IMG/VR virus record: IMGVR_UViG_3300012953_000099
Span: 1 to 34,207 of that record
DNA: 34,207 bases
From: a virus
Taxonomy: Duplodnaviria; Caudoviricetes
Strand: one strand, 5' to 3'
Positions 18,043 through 27,826 of the stretch are shown in pieces (within the stretch, counting starts at the first letter, position 1; every line of letters begins with the position of its first letter). A program made the translations under genes and the position numbers. Under the pieces are notes generated by a model. That model was not told the origin of the DNA. It made no database searches and saw only the letters and a list, made by a program, of their open reading frames with translations.

Positions 18043-21000
18043 ATGGCAGAGAAAACTGATTTAAATATATCACCCTATTACGATGACTACAATGAAGACA
18101 ATAACTTTAACAAAGTTCTTTTCAGAGCTGGTCGTCCTCTTCAAGCTAGAGAATTAACTCAATCTCAATCTATCTTACAAAATCAGATAGAAAGATTTGG
18201 TGACCACTTCTTTAAAGAGGGTTCTATCGTATCTGGTGCTCAATGTGATGTTGACATGGATTTATACTATGTCAAAGTTAAATCTGCAAACCCTAATTCA
18301 AGTGGTGATGCAAATGTTGAAACATACAGAACTGCTTCACACGGTTTACATATTCAAGGTAAAACATCAGGTGTAATTGCAAAGATTATAACATCTTCTG
18401 CTGAAACAACAGATGATAAACTAACACTATTTGTTTACTATCTACAACAAGGAACAAATACAACAAACGACTTTGCTTTCACGGCAAACGAAGAGTTACA
18501 AATAGTAACTTTAGATCCATCTGGTAATGTATCAGATGTCGCATCAAACAACAATGACTTTCAAGTTGAAGTCGAAACTGAGACACCAAATGGTCGTTCT
18601 TCAATAGCAAACATCTCAGAGGGTGTTGTTTTTAGTAGAGGTTTCTTTGTTAAAGTCCCTAAACAAGAATTAATACTTGAAAAATATTCAGGTAAACCAA
18701 GTTATAAAGTCGGTCTTTCTATTGTAGAATCATTCATTGATTCTGGAGACCCTACACTAGGACAATCATTATTAGATAATGCAACAGGAACATCAAACGA
18801 AAACGCTGCGGGTGCAGACAGATTTAAAATTACATTAACTCTAACAAAACAATCATTAGTTACTTCAGATGATACAAACTTCATTGAATTAACAAGAGTC
18901 AATCAAGGTATTATTGAACTACATGTCAATAGACCAATCTACAATGAAATAGAAAGCACACTTGCAAGAAGAACTTTCGATGCAAATGGTGATTTTGTTG
19001 TAAGACAATTTACACATAGTTTAAGAGAACATTTAGACGATACTACTAACAGAGGTTTCTATACTGCATTAAATGGTGGTAGAGATGACAAATTTGTCAT
19101 GCAAGTATCACCAGGTAAAGCATATGTAAAAGGTTTTGAAGTAGAAAAGATTGGAACTTCAATAGTTCCTTTAGACAAAGCAAGGTCTACTGCCACATTG
19201 GCATCAACAAATACACCAATTAGATTAGGAAATGTTCTACGAGTAACAAAAGCACATTCATTACCAGAATTTGGTAACGAAGCAGGAACAGATTCACAAG
19301 ACCCATTCAATGCATGTAAGTTATTTCCTTCAGTAGTTGCAGGAGACGGAGCAGAGAATAGTGAAAATCATATTGGTTTTGCAAGAGTTAGAGATATAAC
19401 ACTAAACTCAGGAACAGATACAAGTAATGTATATACTGCAACATCGCAATGGGATTTATCGATGTTCGATATTAAGATGTTTACTCAACTCAGTCTATCT
19501 GCGGTAAGTAATGGTCAGTATACACTTGGTGATAAGATTATAGATAAAACAACAGGTGCATATGGTATACTTGGATTAATTGATGTCTCAGGTAATAAAC
19601 TTATGTTACATGATGTTGTTGGTAGTTTCCAAGTAGCAAGTGATATCGAAACTGATGGTTATAGTTCAACATCAACATCAGGTGGTGCTATTCAAGCAGT
19701 TAGAGCATATAACATTGATAGAGTTCGTTCTATCTCACAAATTCCTTCTGCAACAAACAGAGAAATATTTACTGCAAATGTAATAACAAATTCAGATTTC
19801 GTTTTAACAGGAACAGTTCAGTTCACAGCAAGTTCAACTGCATTGACAGGTTTTGGAACTTCATTTACTAGAGAACTTAAAGAAGGAGATGTTATCTATA
19901 ATCCTGCAGGTTCAGGACAAGAATTAATTGTTGCATCAGTTACAGATAATATAACTGCAACATTGACAGGAAACTCAACTGCAGGTTTCCAAGGAAATGT
20001 TACAAGACGAAGAGTTAAAATTATTGACCAAGACCAGACTGCATCATTATTCAGTTGGCCAAGAGATTGGGTTAAATCACATACACCAGACCAAGTTAAA
20101 GTAAGAAGACAACAAGTAGTAACAGTTACATCAAATGCATTTCAACTTAGTGTATCTTCAAGTGAATCTTTTGATTCAAATAATCCTAATACAGATGACT
20201 TAACAATTGCAGTTATTGAGGCTGGTTCAGGTGGTTCTGCAAAAGCAGTTGGTGATTTACTTAATGTTGAAGATTACACAGCTCAATCTGGTACAAACAC
20301 ATTAACAATTTCAGGTTTTCATGCACACGATGAAAATGCAGTTCTAAAAGTTACATATACAGTTGACATTAACACACCAGTCAACAGAGATAAAACATTA
20401 CATAAAAATAGATGTTTAAAAGTAAGTAACGATGGTTCAACTTCAGCATTTTACGGAACACAATATGTAAACAAAGATATATCTCTTGGTGTTGCAGATG
20501 CATTTAAAGTCAGAGGTGTTTATGAAGGAGTTGACGGAACTCCTTTATCACCAAATGCAACATTTACAGTTACATCAGGAACATTCCAAGAACATGAAAC
20601 AATAATAGGTCAAACTTCAGATGCAAGGGCAGTATTAATCACAATGAATGGTGATTCTGCAACAAACTATTTCTATTATCTAACTGAAGAAAGATTTGTA
20701 AATACTGAAGTTATTGCAGGTGCGACATCAAGTGCAACTGCAACATTATCAAATGTATCAACAGGTTCTCCTGATATTAAAGATAGATATTTCTTTGATG
20801 ATGGTCAAAGAGATGGTTTCTACGACTTAGCAAAATTAACATTAAAGACTGGTGAACCATCACCACAAAATTCAATTCTAATTGTCTTTGATTACTTCAC
20901 AGCATCAAACGCTGGTGATTTCTATGATGTAAATTCATATACTAACATTGACTATTCAGAAATACCTGTTTACTCTCCAAGTAGAGTTGACTTAGGTGGT

Positions 21001-24000
21001 TTAGAACCAGACGGAACATTCGAACTATCAGATTGTGTTGACTTTAGACCAAGTGTTGGACAAATATTTGCACTATCAACTTTTGCAAATGCATCTCAAC
21101 ACAATGTTGCAAGTCCATTAGATTTATCAGATGGAACAAACGGTGCTAAATATGCACCATTCGGTTACGAATCAGGTCGTTCTTTTGCAACACAAAGAAC
21201 AAACATAACAGTTGGAAATGCATCAGCAGTAGATACACCTGTTAATGGTTCAAATATGACTGGTGCAATTGACTTCTATGTAGGAAGAATCGACAAAGTA
21301 TACATGCACAAAACAGGTCAGTTTATGGTATCAACAGGTATTCCTTCGTTGACACCAACTAGACCTAAAGCAATCGATGATGCAATCGAGATGTTTGAAT
21401 TAAGATTACCACCTTATACAAATAATCTAAAAGATGTCAGAGTAAGGTCTCTTGACCATAGAAGATATACTATGAAAGATATCGGTAAGATTAACAATAG
21501 GGTTACAAACTTAGAAAGAATTACTGCATTATCTTTATTAGAAAAAGATACACAAACAAAACAGATTTTAGATGCAGACGGTTTTGATAGATTCAAATCA
21601 GGTTTCTTAGTAGATAACTTTAGAGGTCATAGAGTTGGTGATGTATCACATCCAGATTACAATGTATCTATCGATGCAAAACTAGGTGCTATGAGACCTA
21701 AATCATATCAACAATTCTTTGATATTGAATTAGATACATCAGCGTCTAGTAACTATACAAAGACTGGTGATTTAATTACATTACCATTCTCAGAATTATC
21801 ATATGTAAACCAAGATAAAGCATCAAGACAATTGAATGTTAACCCATATCATGTCTTTGCTTTTGATGGTCAACTTAAACTAACACCTGGTACCGATATA
21901 TGGCAAGATACTGAAAGATTACCAGAAGTCAGAGTTAACAGAGAAGGAAACTTTGATGCCGTTGTAGCAGGAAATGACAATGCAGTAGGAACAGTTTGGA
22001 ACTCATGGCAAACAACATGGGTTGGAGAACCTAGTTCTGTAAGTTCAGAAGTTCAAGCAACTTCAAATGGTTCTTGGTCAGGAGACCCAGCACAAGGTGG
22101 TGAATGGGTTGCAGGTTTACAAGTAACAAGAGAGATTACAGAAACACCAGAAACACAAACAAGAACTGGTGTTACAACTTCAGTTGTTGAAGACTTTGTT
22201 GAAACAAGAAATGATAGAGTCGTATCAATATCAATGATACCTTTCATGCGTGCAAGAACAATTGAAATTGATGCAACTAACTTAAAACCAGGAACAAATC
22301 ATTTCTTCTACTTCGATAATATTGATGTAAACAAATTTGTAAGACCTTATTCTTCAGCATATTCAGTAGATGGTGGAACAACAGTATCTTCAAATTTAAA
22401 AACAGACGGAAACGGAAGATGTCGTGCATACTTCGAATTACCTAATAGTAATACACAAAGATTCCCGAGTGGTATGAGAGAGATGATAATTACATCATCT
22501 AAATTCAATCTATCAAACCCAGCGTCAAGTGCAAGTGTTATATATCAAGCACAAGGACTATTACAGGCATCACAAACAGAAATCGTTTCTACAAGAAATG
22601 GTCGAGTGATTACAGAAAGAGTAAGAGGTCAAAGACAATTTACAAGAAGAGGTGAAAACATAAATGCTACTGAATGGGATGCAGATGCACCAGAAATACC
22701 AAACAATGATGTAGTAGTTATTCCACCTAGTTCACCTATAATTCCACCTATACAAGAACCAGCACCGCCTATTGTTCCACCTATAACTCCTCCACAGTTA
22801 GAACAATTCCCAAATTTTAGTGCTGATAGAAGATTCATTTCCAGATTAGATGGTGGTGGAAGAGGTGGTTGGAAAGACCCATTAGCACAATCATTTATTT
22901 GTGAACCACAAGGTGGTATGTTCTTATCATCGATTGATGTCTTCTTTGCAACTAAGTCAGATAACTTACCTGTATCAGTAGAAATCAGAAACATGGTAAA
23001 TGGGTATCCAGGTCAAACAGTTTTACCTTTCTCAGTTGTAACTAAGAATCCAGGAGATGTTACTACTTCTGTAGATGGTTCAGTTGCAACAACATTCACA
23101 TTCGAATCACCAGTCTTTATTGAAGAGGGTGCAGAAATGTGTTTTGTTCTTCTATCTAACTCAAATGATTACGAAGTATTCATTTCAAGAATGGGTGAGT
23201 CAGATATCATTTCAGGTGAAACAATATCAGGACAACCTTATGCAGGTTCTTTATTCTTATCTCAGAATGCATCAACATGGACTGCAGAACAAACAGATGA
23301 CATGAAGTTCAACATGAAGATATGTTCATTCGACACAACAAAGGCACCTGATTTAAGATTCAACAACACATCTTTACCTGTTCACAAATTACAGAACAAC
23401 CCAATAGAATCACTATCAGGTAAAAACTTTGTTAAAGTTTATAGTTACTCACACGGAATGTATACAACGAATTCAAGTGTAGTTCTTGCAGGTATCACAG
23501 GTGATAAACTAAATTCAGTATTAAATATTGGAACTGAAACCCATGCATCTGGAACTGTTAGTGACCCAGGTGGGAATACCTACGATAATACAGGCACAGG
23601 TGGTTCAGGAACAGGAGCGAGAATGGAGTTTGTATTCTCAAATGCTTCAACAATGACAAGTGTAAAGATAAAAGACCCAGGTCAAGGTTATACAGTAGGT
23701 GATGTTCTTACTTTCACTCCAGACCCAGGTGGTGATGCAGTAGTTACAGTTGTAGTTGATGCAGTAGGTGAAACACTCGGTGGTATTCCAACTGCTTCAC
23801 TTAACGGAACATTTACTGCAATCAAAGAGATTGGTATCGATTCATTCTGTATAACACCAGATGTATCATCATATGACTTTAAATCTGCTTATACAGCACC
23901 TGTTAATACTCTAAGTGGTGGTTCAAATGTAACATCATCAAGAAACTATTACTTCGATACATTACATACAATGATACCAAGTTTACAATTTAAGAACACA

Positions 24001-24732
24001 AGGATATATTCAAGTGTTTACATGGCACCAATGCAATCACCAGAAGGATTTGCAAATGGAACAAATCATGTTAAGAAAACTGTAACAGAGTTTGTTACAT
24101 TAAATGATAATGTTCACTTTGATAGTCCTCATGTTGTTGCTTCTGCAGTCAATGAGGCTGCTTACAATGGTGGTTCTAAATCATTTACATGTCAGTTACA
24201 ATTACAATCATTCAATAGTAACTTATCACCTGTAATTGATGTTGGAACTTTAGGTGCTATTGGTATTATGAACAGATTAAACAATATTGATAGTGCAACA
24301 AGTAAGAAAGTTGATGGTGTAACAAATTCATTGCCAGAAGGAACAGTTTATGTTTCATCTGAAGAACCTGAGGGTGATAACAATGCAATGGTATATTGCA
24401 CAAGAAAAGTAAATCTAAAAACACCTGCAACTGCATTAAGAGTTACAGCAGATTTATTTAAACCTGCAACAACAGATATCAAATTTATGTATAAGATTCT
24501 GAAGAATGATGAATCACAACCATGGGATGATTTAGGTTGGGAGTTCTTCAATACGAATGGTTCTCCAGATTCAACATTAGAATCAGATGCAAGAAACTTT
24601 AAAGAATATGATTACACAGCAGAAGGACTGCCAGAGTTCTCAGCATTCTCAATTAAAGTAGTAGGACAAGGAACAAATACATGTGAGATTCCGTTAGTAG
24701 CGGCATTGAGATGTATTGCATTAGCAACTTAA
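18043..24732 (+). CDS. Large virion structural protein, VrlC-like (DUF4815-type)
   Basis: 2229 aa; TDLNISPYYDDY...KVLFR.GRPLQARELTQ.QSILQNQ, RRYTMKDIG....R..NLE, DRFKSGF.VDNF, DPLAQSF, SLFLSQNASTWT motifs as in marine T4-like phages. Confidence 0.85.
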   Translation: MAEKTDLNISPYYDDYNEDNNFNKVLFRAGRPLQARELTQSQSILQNQIERFGDHFFKEGSIVSGAQCDVDMDLYYVKVKSANPNSSGDANVETYRTASHGLHIQGKTSGVIAKIITSSAETTDDKLTLFVYYLQQGTNTTNDFAFTANEELQIVTLDPSGNVSDVASNNNDFQVEVETETPNGRSSIANISEGVVFSRGFFVKVPKQELILEKYSGKPSYKVGLSIVESFIDSGDPTLGQSLLDNATGTSNENAAGADRFKITLTLTKQSLVTSDDTNFIELTRVNQGIIELHVNRPIYNEIESTLARRTFDANGDFVVRQFTHSLREHLDDTTNRGFYTALNGGRDDKFVMQVSPGKAYVKGFEVEKIGTSIVPLDKARSTATLASTNTPIRLGNVLRVTKAHSLPEFGNEAGTDSQDPFNACKLFPSVVAGDGAENSENHIGFARVRDITLNSGTDTSNVYTATSQWDLSMFDIKMFTQLSLSAVSNGQYTLGDKIIDKTTGAYGILGLIDVSGNKLMLHDVVGSFQVASDIETDGYSSTSTSGGAIQAVRAYNIDRVRSISQIPSATNREIFTANVITNSDFVLTGTVQFTASSTALTGFGTSFTRELKEGDVIYNPAGSGQELIVASVTDNITATLTGNSTAGFQGNVTRRRVKIIDQDQTASLFSWPRDWVKSHTPDQVKVRRQQVVTVTSNAFQLSVSSSESFDSNNPNTDDLTIAVIEAGSGGSAKAVGDLLNVEDYTAQSGTNTLTISGFHAHDENAVLKVTYTVDINTPVNRDKTLHKNRCLKVSNDGSTSAFYGTQYVNKDISLGVADAFKVRGVYEGVDGTPLSPNATFTVTSGTFQEHETIIGQTSDARAVLITMNGDSATNYFYYLTEERFVNTEVIAGATSSATATLSNVSTGSPDIKDRYFFDDGQRDGFYDLAKLTLKTGEPSPQNSILIVFDYFTASNAGDFYDVNSYTNIDYSEIPVYSPSRVDLGGLEPDGTFELSDCVDFRPSVGQIFALSTFANASQHNVASPLDLSDGTNGAKYAPFGYESGRSFATQRTNITVGNASAVDTPVNGSNMTGAIDFYVGRIDKVYMHKTGQFMVSTGIPSLTPTRPKAIDDAIEMFELRLPPYTNNLKDVRVRSLDHRRYTMKDIGKINNRVTNLERITALSLLEKDTQTKQILDADGFDRFKSGFLVDNFRGHRVGDVSHPDYNVSIDAKLGAMRPKSYQQFFDIELDTSASSNYTKTGDLITLPFSELSYVNQDKASRQLNVNPYHVFAFDGQLKLTPGTDIWQDTERLPEVRVNREGNFDAVVAGNDNAVGTVWNSWQTTWVGEPSSVSSEVQATSNGSWSGDPAQGGEWVAGLQVTREITETPETQTRTGVTTSVVEDFVETRNDRVVSISMIPFMRARTIEIDATNLKPGTNHFFYFDNIDVNKFVRPYSSAYSVDGGTTVSSNLKTDGNGRCRAYFELPNSNTQRFPSGMREMIITSSKFNLSNPASSASVIYQAQGLLQASQTEIVSTRNGRVITERVRGQRQFTRRGENINATEWDADAPEIPNNDVVVIPPSSPIIPPIQEPAPPIVPPITPPQLEQFPNFSADRRFISRLDGGGRGGWKDPLAQSFICEPQGGMFLSSIDVFFATKSDNLPVSVEIRNMVNGYPGQTVLPFSVVTKNPGDVTTSVDGSVATTFTFESPVFIEEGAEMCFVLLSNSNDYEVFISRMGESDIISGETISGQPYAGSLFLSQNASTWTAEQTDDMKFNMKICSFDTTKAPDLRFNNTSLPVHKLQNNPIESLSGKNFVKVYSYSHGMYTTNSSVVLAGITGDKLNSVLNIGTETHASGTVSDPGGNTYDNTGTGGSGTGARMEFVFSNASTMTSVKIKDPGQGYTVGDVLTFTPDPGGDAVVTVVVDAVGETLGGIPTASLNGTFTAIKEIGIDSFCITPDVSSYDFKSAYTAPVNTLSGGSNVTSSRNYYFDTLHTMIPSLQFKNTRIYSSVYMAPMQSPEGFANGTNHVKKTVTEFVTLNDNVHFDSPHVVASAVNEAAYNGGSKSFTCQLQLQSFNSNLSPVIDVGTLGAIGIMNRLNNIDSATSKKVDGVTNSLPEGTVYVSSEEPEGDNNAMVYCTRKVNLKTPATALRVTADLFKPATTDIKFMYKILKNDESQPWDDLGWEFFNTNGSPDSTLESDARNFKEYDYTAEGLPEFSAFSIKVVGQGTNTCEIPLVAALRCIALAT

Positions 24733-24736
24733 TATT

Positions 24737-24949
24737 ATGAAAGAGTATGCATCAGTTGAAGGACATTCTAATCTCGCAAGAGATGAAGAATCTTCTGCAA
24801 TTGTAAATACAGATATTGAACAATGGAAACTTGCAAAACAAAGAAAATTGCGTTTTCAAAACCAAGCGAAAGAGATAAATAGTTTAAAGAGTGAAGTTGG
24901 TGAAATCAAAAACCTACTTAACGATATATTAGGAAAGTTAAATGGCTAA
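24737..24949 (+). CDS. Small conserved coiled-coil hypothetical protein
   Basis: 70 aa, VEGHSNL.RD..S.AIVNTD followed by heptads (EINSLKSEVGEIKNLL); usual neighbour of VrlC-like genes. Confidence 0.7.
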   Translation: MKEYASVEGHSNLARDEESSAIVNTDIEQWKLAKQRKLRFQNQAKEINSLKSEVGEIKNLLNDILGKLNG

Positions 24950-26420
24950 AACCGTAGATAATTACAGCACAATAAACGAATTCAGAGAAAAGTATAATGA
25001 ACTTGCCGTAGATGTGGGTGAGGTTTCAGGATTAAGACCTGCATTAGGAGAAAATCTTGTTGATGCCGTTAACGCAGTAGAAGATAAAGCATTCTATTTT
25101 GGAAAATATAGATATGTTGCAACTGCAGGACAACAAACATTCACAGGTGCAGATGCAAATGGAAATACTCTTAAATATAAAGGAAACAGAGTTCAAGTAT
25201 TTAAGAACGGAGCATTATTAGAAGAACAAAGTGATTGGCAGGTTGGTGGACTTGCAGGTGCTTTCTATTATAACATACAATTGATATCGGCGGCAAGCGC
25301 TAATGATTTAATACAAATCTATGCATACACAGGTTCTTTTGAAGGAACTGCTACATCAACTGCAATACTTTCATTCTTTACAGAAACATTACAGAACACA
25401 ATCTATAATACTAACTCAAATGGTGTTATACTTCAAGGAGATAATTCTTCTCCTACAACAACTCTACAAGGTGGATTTACTTTACAACTTGCAGGTAAAA
25501 CTTATGCAGAAGATGACATAACACTTGCAACAGGTAAAACATTAACTGCACCAACAGTAACAGATGGAACTGCATCTTTAACAAGTGGTTCATTATCAGG
25601 TGCAGTAAACGGAACATTCTCAGGCACAGTTCAAGCAGAACAATTAACGACTACAGATGATTTAACAGTAGGTGATGATGCAAGTATCGGTGGTGATTTA
25701 GGAGTCACTGGAACTGCAACAGTAGGCACTTTGGCATCAGGTGGTATAACAGGAACAACTGCAAGTTTTACAGGAAATGTAGACTTAGGAAGTGATGCAA
25801 GTGATACAGTATCAATCAATGGTGTTGTAGATACAAATATAATACCCAATACAGATAATACTAGAACATTAGGTTCTGCTTCAAAGAAATTTCAAAGTTT
25901 ACATGCAACAACTATTACTGCAACAACAATAAATGGTACCATAACTGGTGATGTAAAAGGTGATGTCATGAAAGATGACGGAACTAAAATCTTAGAAAAT
26001 TCAACAGGTGCTTTGACTGGTACTGTTTCTAGTGTTTCAAATCATTCAGCTTCAGGATTATCAGATATTAATTATACATCATCACCAGCTGCTGGGCAAG
26101 TCTTAGCATGGGATGCCTCAAACAATTATTGGGAACCTGTTAATCCAACAAATACAACAGACTCAGTATCAGAGGGTTCAAATAGTTTCTATTTTACAGA
26201 TGATAGGGTCAATGCAATAATTAATGCCGAAGCAGGTTTAGCCAAAACATATGCTACTAACACCTCAAACCCTTTGGATGGTGATATAAATATTAGTGTT
26301 AACACTTCAGAAGGAGTCAAAATTGATGGTGACAATGTGGTGATGGACAAAACAATAGTAAGCACAGCTCCTTCAGGAGTTGGGTCAACATCATCAGGTC
26401 ATTTATGGTTTGTAGTCTAA
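24942..26420 (+). CDS. Tail fibre / appendage protein
   Basis: 492 aa Thr/Gly/Ser-rich; IIPNTDNTRTLGSASKKF, GQVLAWD....WEP, TTDSVSEGSNSFYFTDDRV fibre motifs; ends STAPSGVGSTSSGHLWFVV. Confidence 0.75.
   Translation: MAKTVDNYSTINEFREKYNELAVDVGEVSGLRPALGENLVDAVNAVEDKAFYFGKYRYVATAGQQTFTGADANGNTLKYKGNRVQVFKNGALLEEQSDWQVGGLAGAFYYNIQLISAASANDLIQIYAYTGSFEGTATSTAILSFFTETLQNTIYNTNSNGVILQGDNSSPTTTLQGGFTLQLAGKTYAEDDITLATGKTLTAPTVTDGTASLTSGSLSGAVNGTFSGTVQAEQLTTTDDLTVGDDASIGGDLGVTGTATVGTLASGGITGTTASFTGNVDLGSDASDTVSINGVVDTNIIPNTDNTRTLGSASKKFQSLHATTITATTINGTITGDVKGDVMKDDGTKILENSTGALTGTVSSVSNHSASGLSDINYTSSPAAGQVLAWDASNNYWEPVNPTNTTDSVSEGSNSFYFTDDRVNAIINAEAGLAKTYATNTSNPLDGDINISVNTSEGVKIDGDNVVMDKTIVSTAPSGVGSTSSGHLWFVV
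26285..26292 (+). promoter_or_regulatory. Possible internal late promoter (TATAAATA) upstream of the repeat-protein pair
   Basis: Perfect consensus within the 3' part of 24942..26420, about 130 nt before the ATG at 26424; could be chance in AT-rich DNA. Confidence 0.35.
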
Positions 26421-26423
26421 ATT

Positions 26424-27815
26424 ATGTCAGAGAAAATTTATGTAAATACTGGTTCGACCTTTCAACAAGCGTTTAATGATAGGTCGCCTAGAAGTGCTCA
26501 ACAGCCGTATATAGCTAATGCTCAGACTCCCTATATAGCTAATTCACAAACACCCTTTACATATTCAAATAGACAACCTGCAAAGTATCAGAATCCAACT
26601 AGTGCTCAACAACCATATATAGCTAATGCACAACAGCCTTATCCGTATATAGCTAATGCAAGACAACCTTATATAGCTAGCGCACAACAACCCTATCCAT
26701 ATATTGCATCTGCTCAGAATCCTTATATTGCAAATGCTAGGCAACCTGCAAAATATCAGAGTCCATCTAGTTATCAAATACCTTACATTGCAAATTCGCA
26801 GACACCATATCCTGCTAATGCAAGACAACCTAGTAATGCACAAACACCTTATATTGCAAATTCACAGACACCATATCCTGCTAATGCAAGACAACCTGTA
26901 AATGCTCAACAACCAAGTAATGCACAAGCACCATATCCTGCAAATGCACAAACATCTGCTTACTATAGAAATCCATTTACATACAATGCAAACACACCTG
27001 CGTCTTCTCAAACTCCTGTGACATATGATGTTTGGGGTGGAGGAAATGCTCAAGCAACTTCACAATTAGAAACCACAACTGATGTATCTGCTCCTATGGC
27101 ACCATTTTCAGTAGGATTTAATTATACAAGTGTAGGTCAACCAGCTTCAATTAATTGGGGTCCAGGGTCAACTCACATAGCTACTAGTCCAAATTCTGCT
27201 TATGTAGGCACGAATGCATTAAGTCACATGTGGAATACACAACAACAAAATACTTTTAGTTATTCTTTTGGACAATGTTTCTGCCAATTCTTTATGGGTT
27301 ATGAAAGTAGTTCAAGTAAAGTTTACTATGGTTTTAGTTCTGGAAATAGTCAATTTCCTTCAACAGGTAAAGGTCAATCTCCCAATAGAATATACCTACC
27401 ATTAACTGAATTGAGTAATAATAACATTATTGATAGTTCTTGGAGTATATCAGTTAAATATACAGTTCAATCACAAAGTATTACCCAAGGTGGAACAGAT
27501 TCACAAAATCCAGCTAATCCAAACTATGGTTCAGGTGTAGCTGCTGGGACATATGTAAACCTATGGAATGGTTCTACTGTTCAAAGTGGTGGTTATGAAG
27601 AGTTTATGTGGTCAGCCGTATCATCATCTAATCCTGGAAATAGTGATGCAAGAGTTCAAGCAAGTGGTGTAGTATTTACAGTAAAGGCACATAAGACTGG
27701 TCAAACATCATACTATACTCATTACATTGTAGCACAACATGGAGCTGGTAGCGGTGGACCTTTTGGTGAAATATTCTGTAGGTCAGTATTCGGTAATAAC
27801 CATGCACCAGTATAA
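26424..27815 (+). CDS. Gln/Pro/Tyr repeat fibre protein A with C-terminal globular (putative receptor-binding) domain
   Basis: Residues 23-198 are 24 Pro-terminated units of 6/8/10 aa (mostly YIANAxQP); residues 199-463 are a non-repetitive Ser/Gly/aromatic-rich domain. Confidence 0.75.
   Translation: MSEKIYVNTGSTFQQAFNDRSPRSAQQPYIANAQTPYIANSQTPFTYSNRQPAKYQNPTSAQQPYIANAQQPYPYIANARQPYIASAQQPYPYIASAQNPYIANARQPAKYQSPSSYQIPYIANSQTPYPANARQPSNAQTPYIANSQTPYPANARQPVNAQQPSNAQAPYPANAQTSAYYRNPFTYNANTPASSQTPVTYDVWGGGNAQATSQLETTTDVSAPMAPFSVGFNYTSVGQPASINWGPGSTHIATSPNSAYVGTNALSHMWNTQQQNTFSYSFGQCFCQFFMGYESSSSKVYYGFSSGNSQFPSTGKGQSPNRIYLPLTELSNNNIIDSSWSISVKYTVQSQSITQGGTDSQNPANPNYGSGVAAGTYVNLWNGSTVQSGGYEEFMWSAVSSSNPGNSDARVQASGVVFTVKAHKTGQTSYYTHYIVAQHGAGSGGPFGEIFCRSVFGNNHAPV
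26490..27017 (+). repeat. Coding tandem repeat array (18/24/30-nt units)
   Basis: Recurrent CC(A/T)TATATAGCTAATGC / GCAAGACAACCT words encoding P-YIANA-RQP units. Confidence 0.85.
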
Positions 27816-27826
27816 GGAGATGAAAG

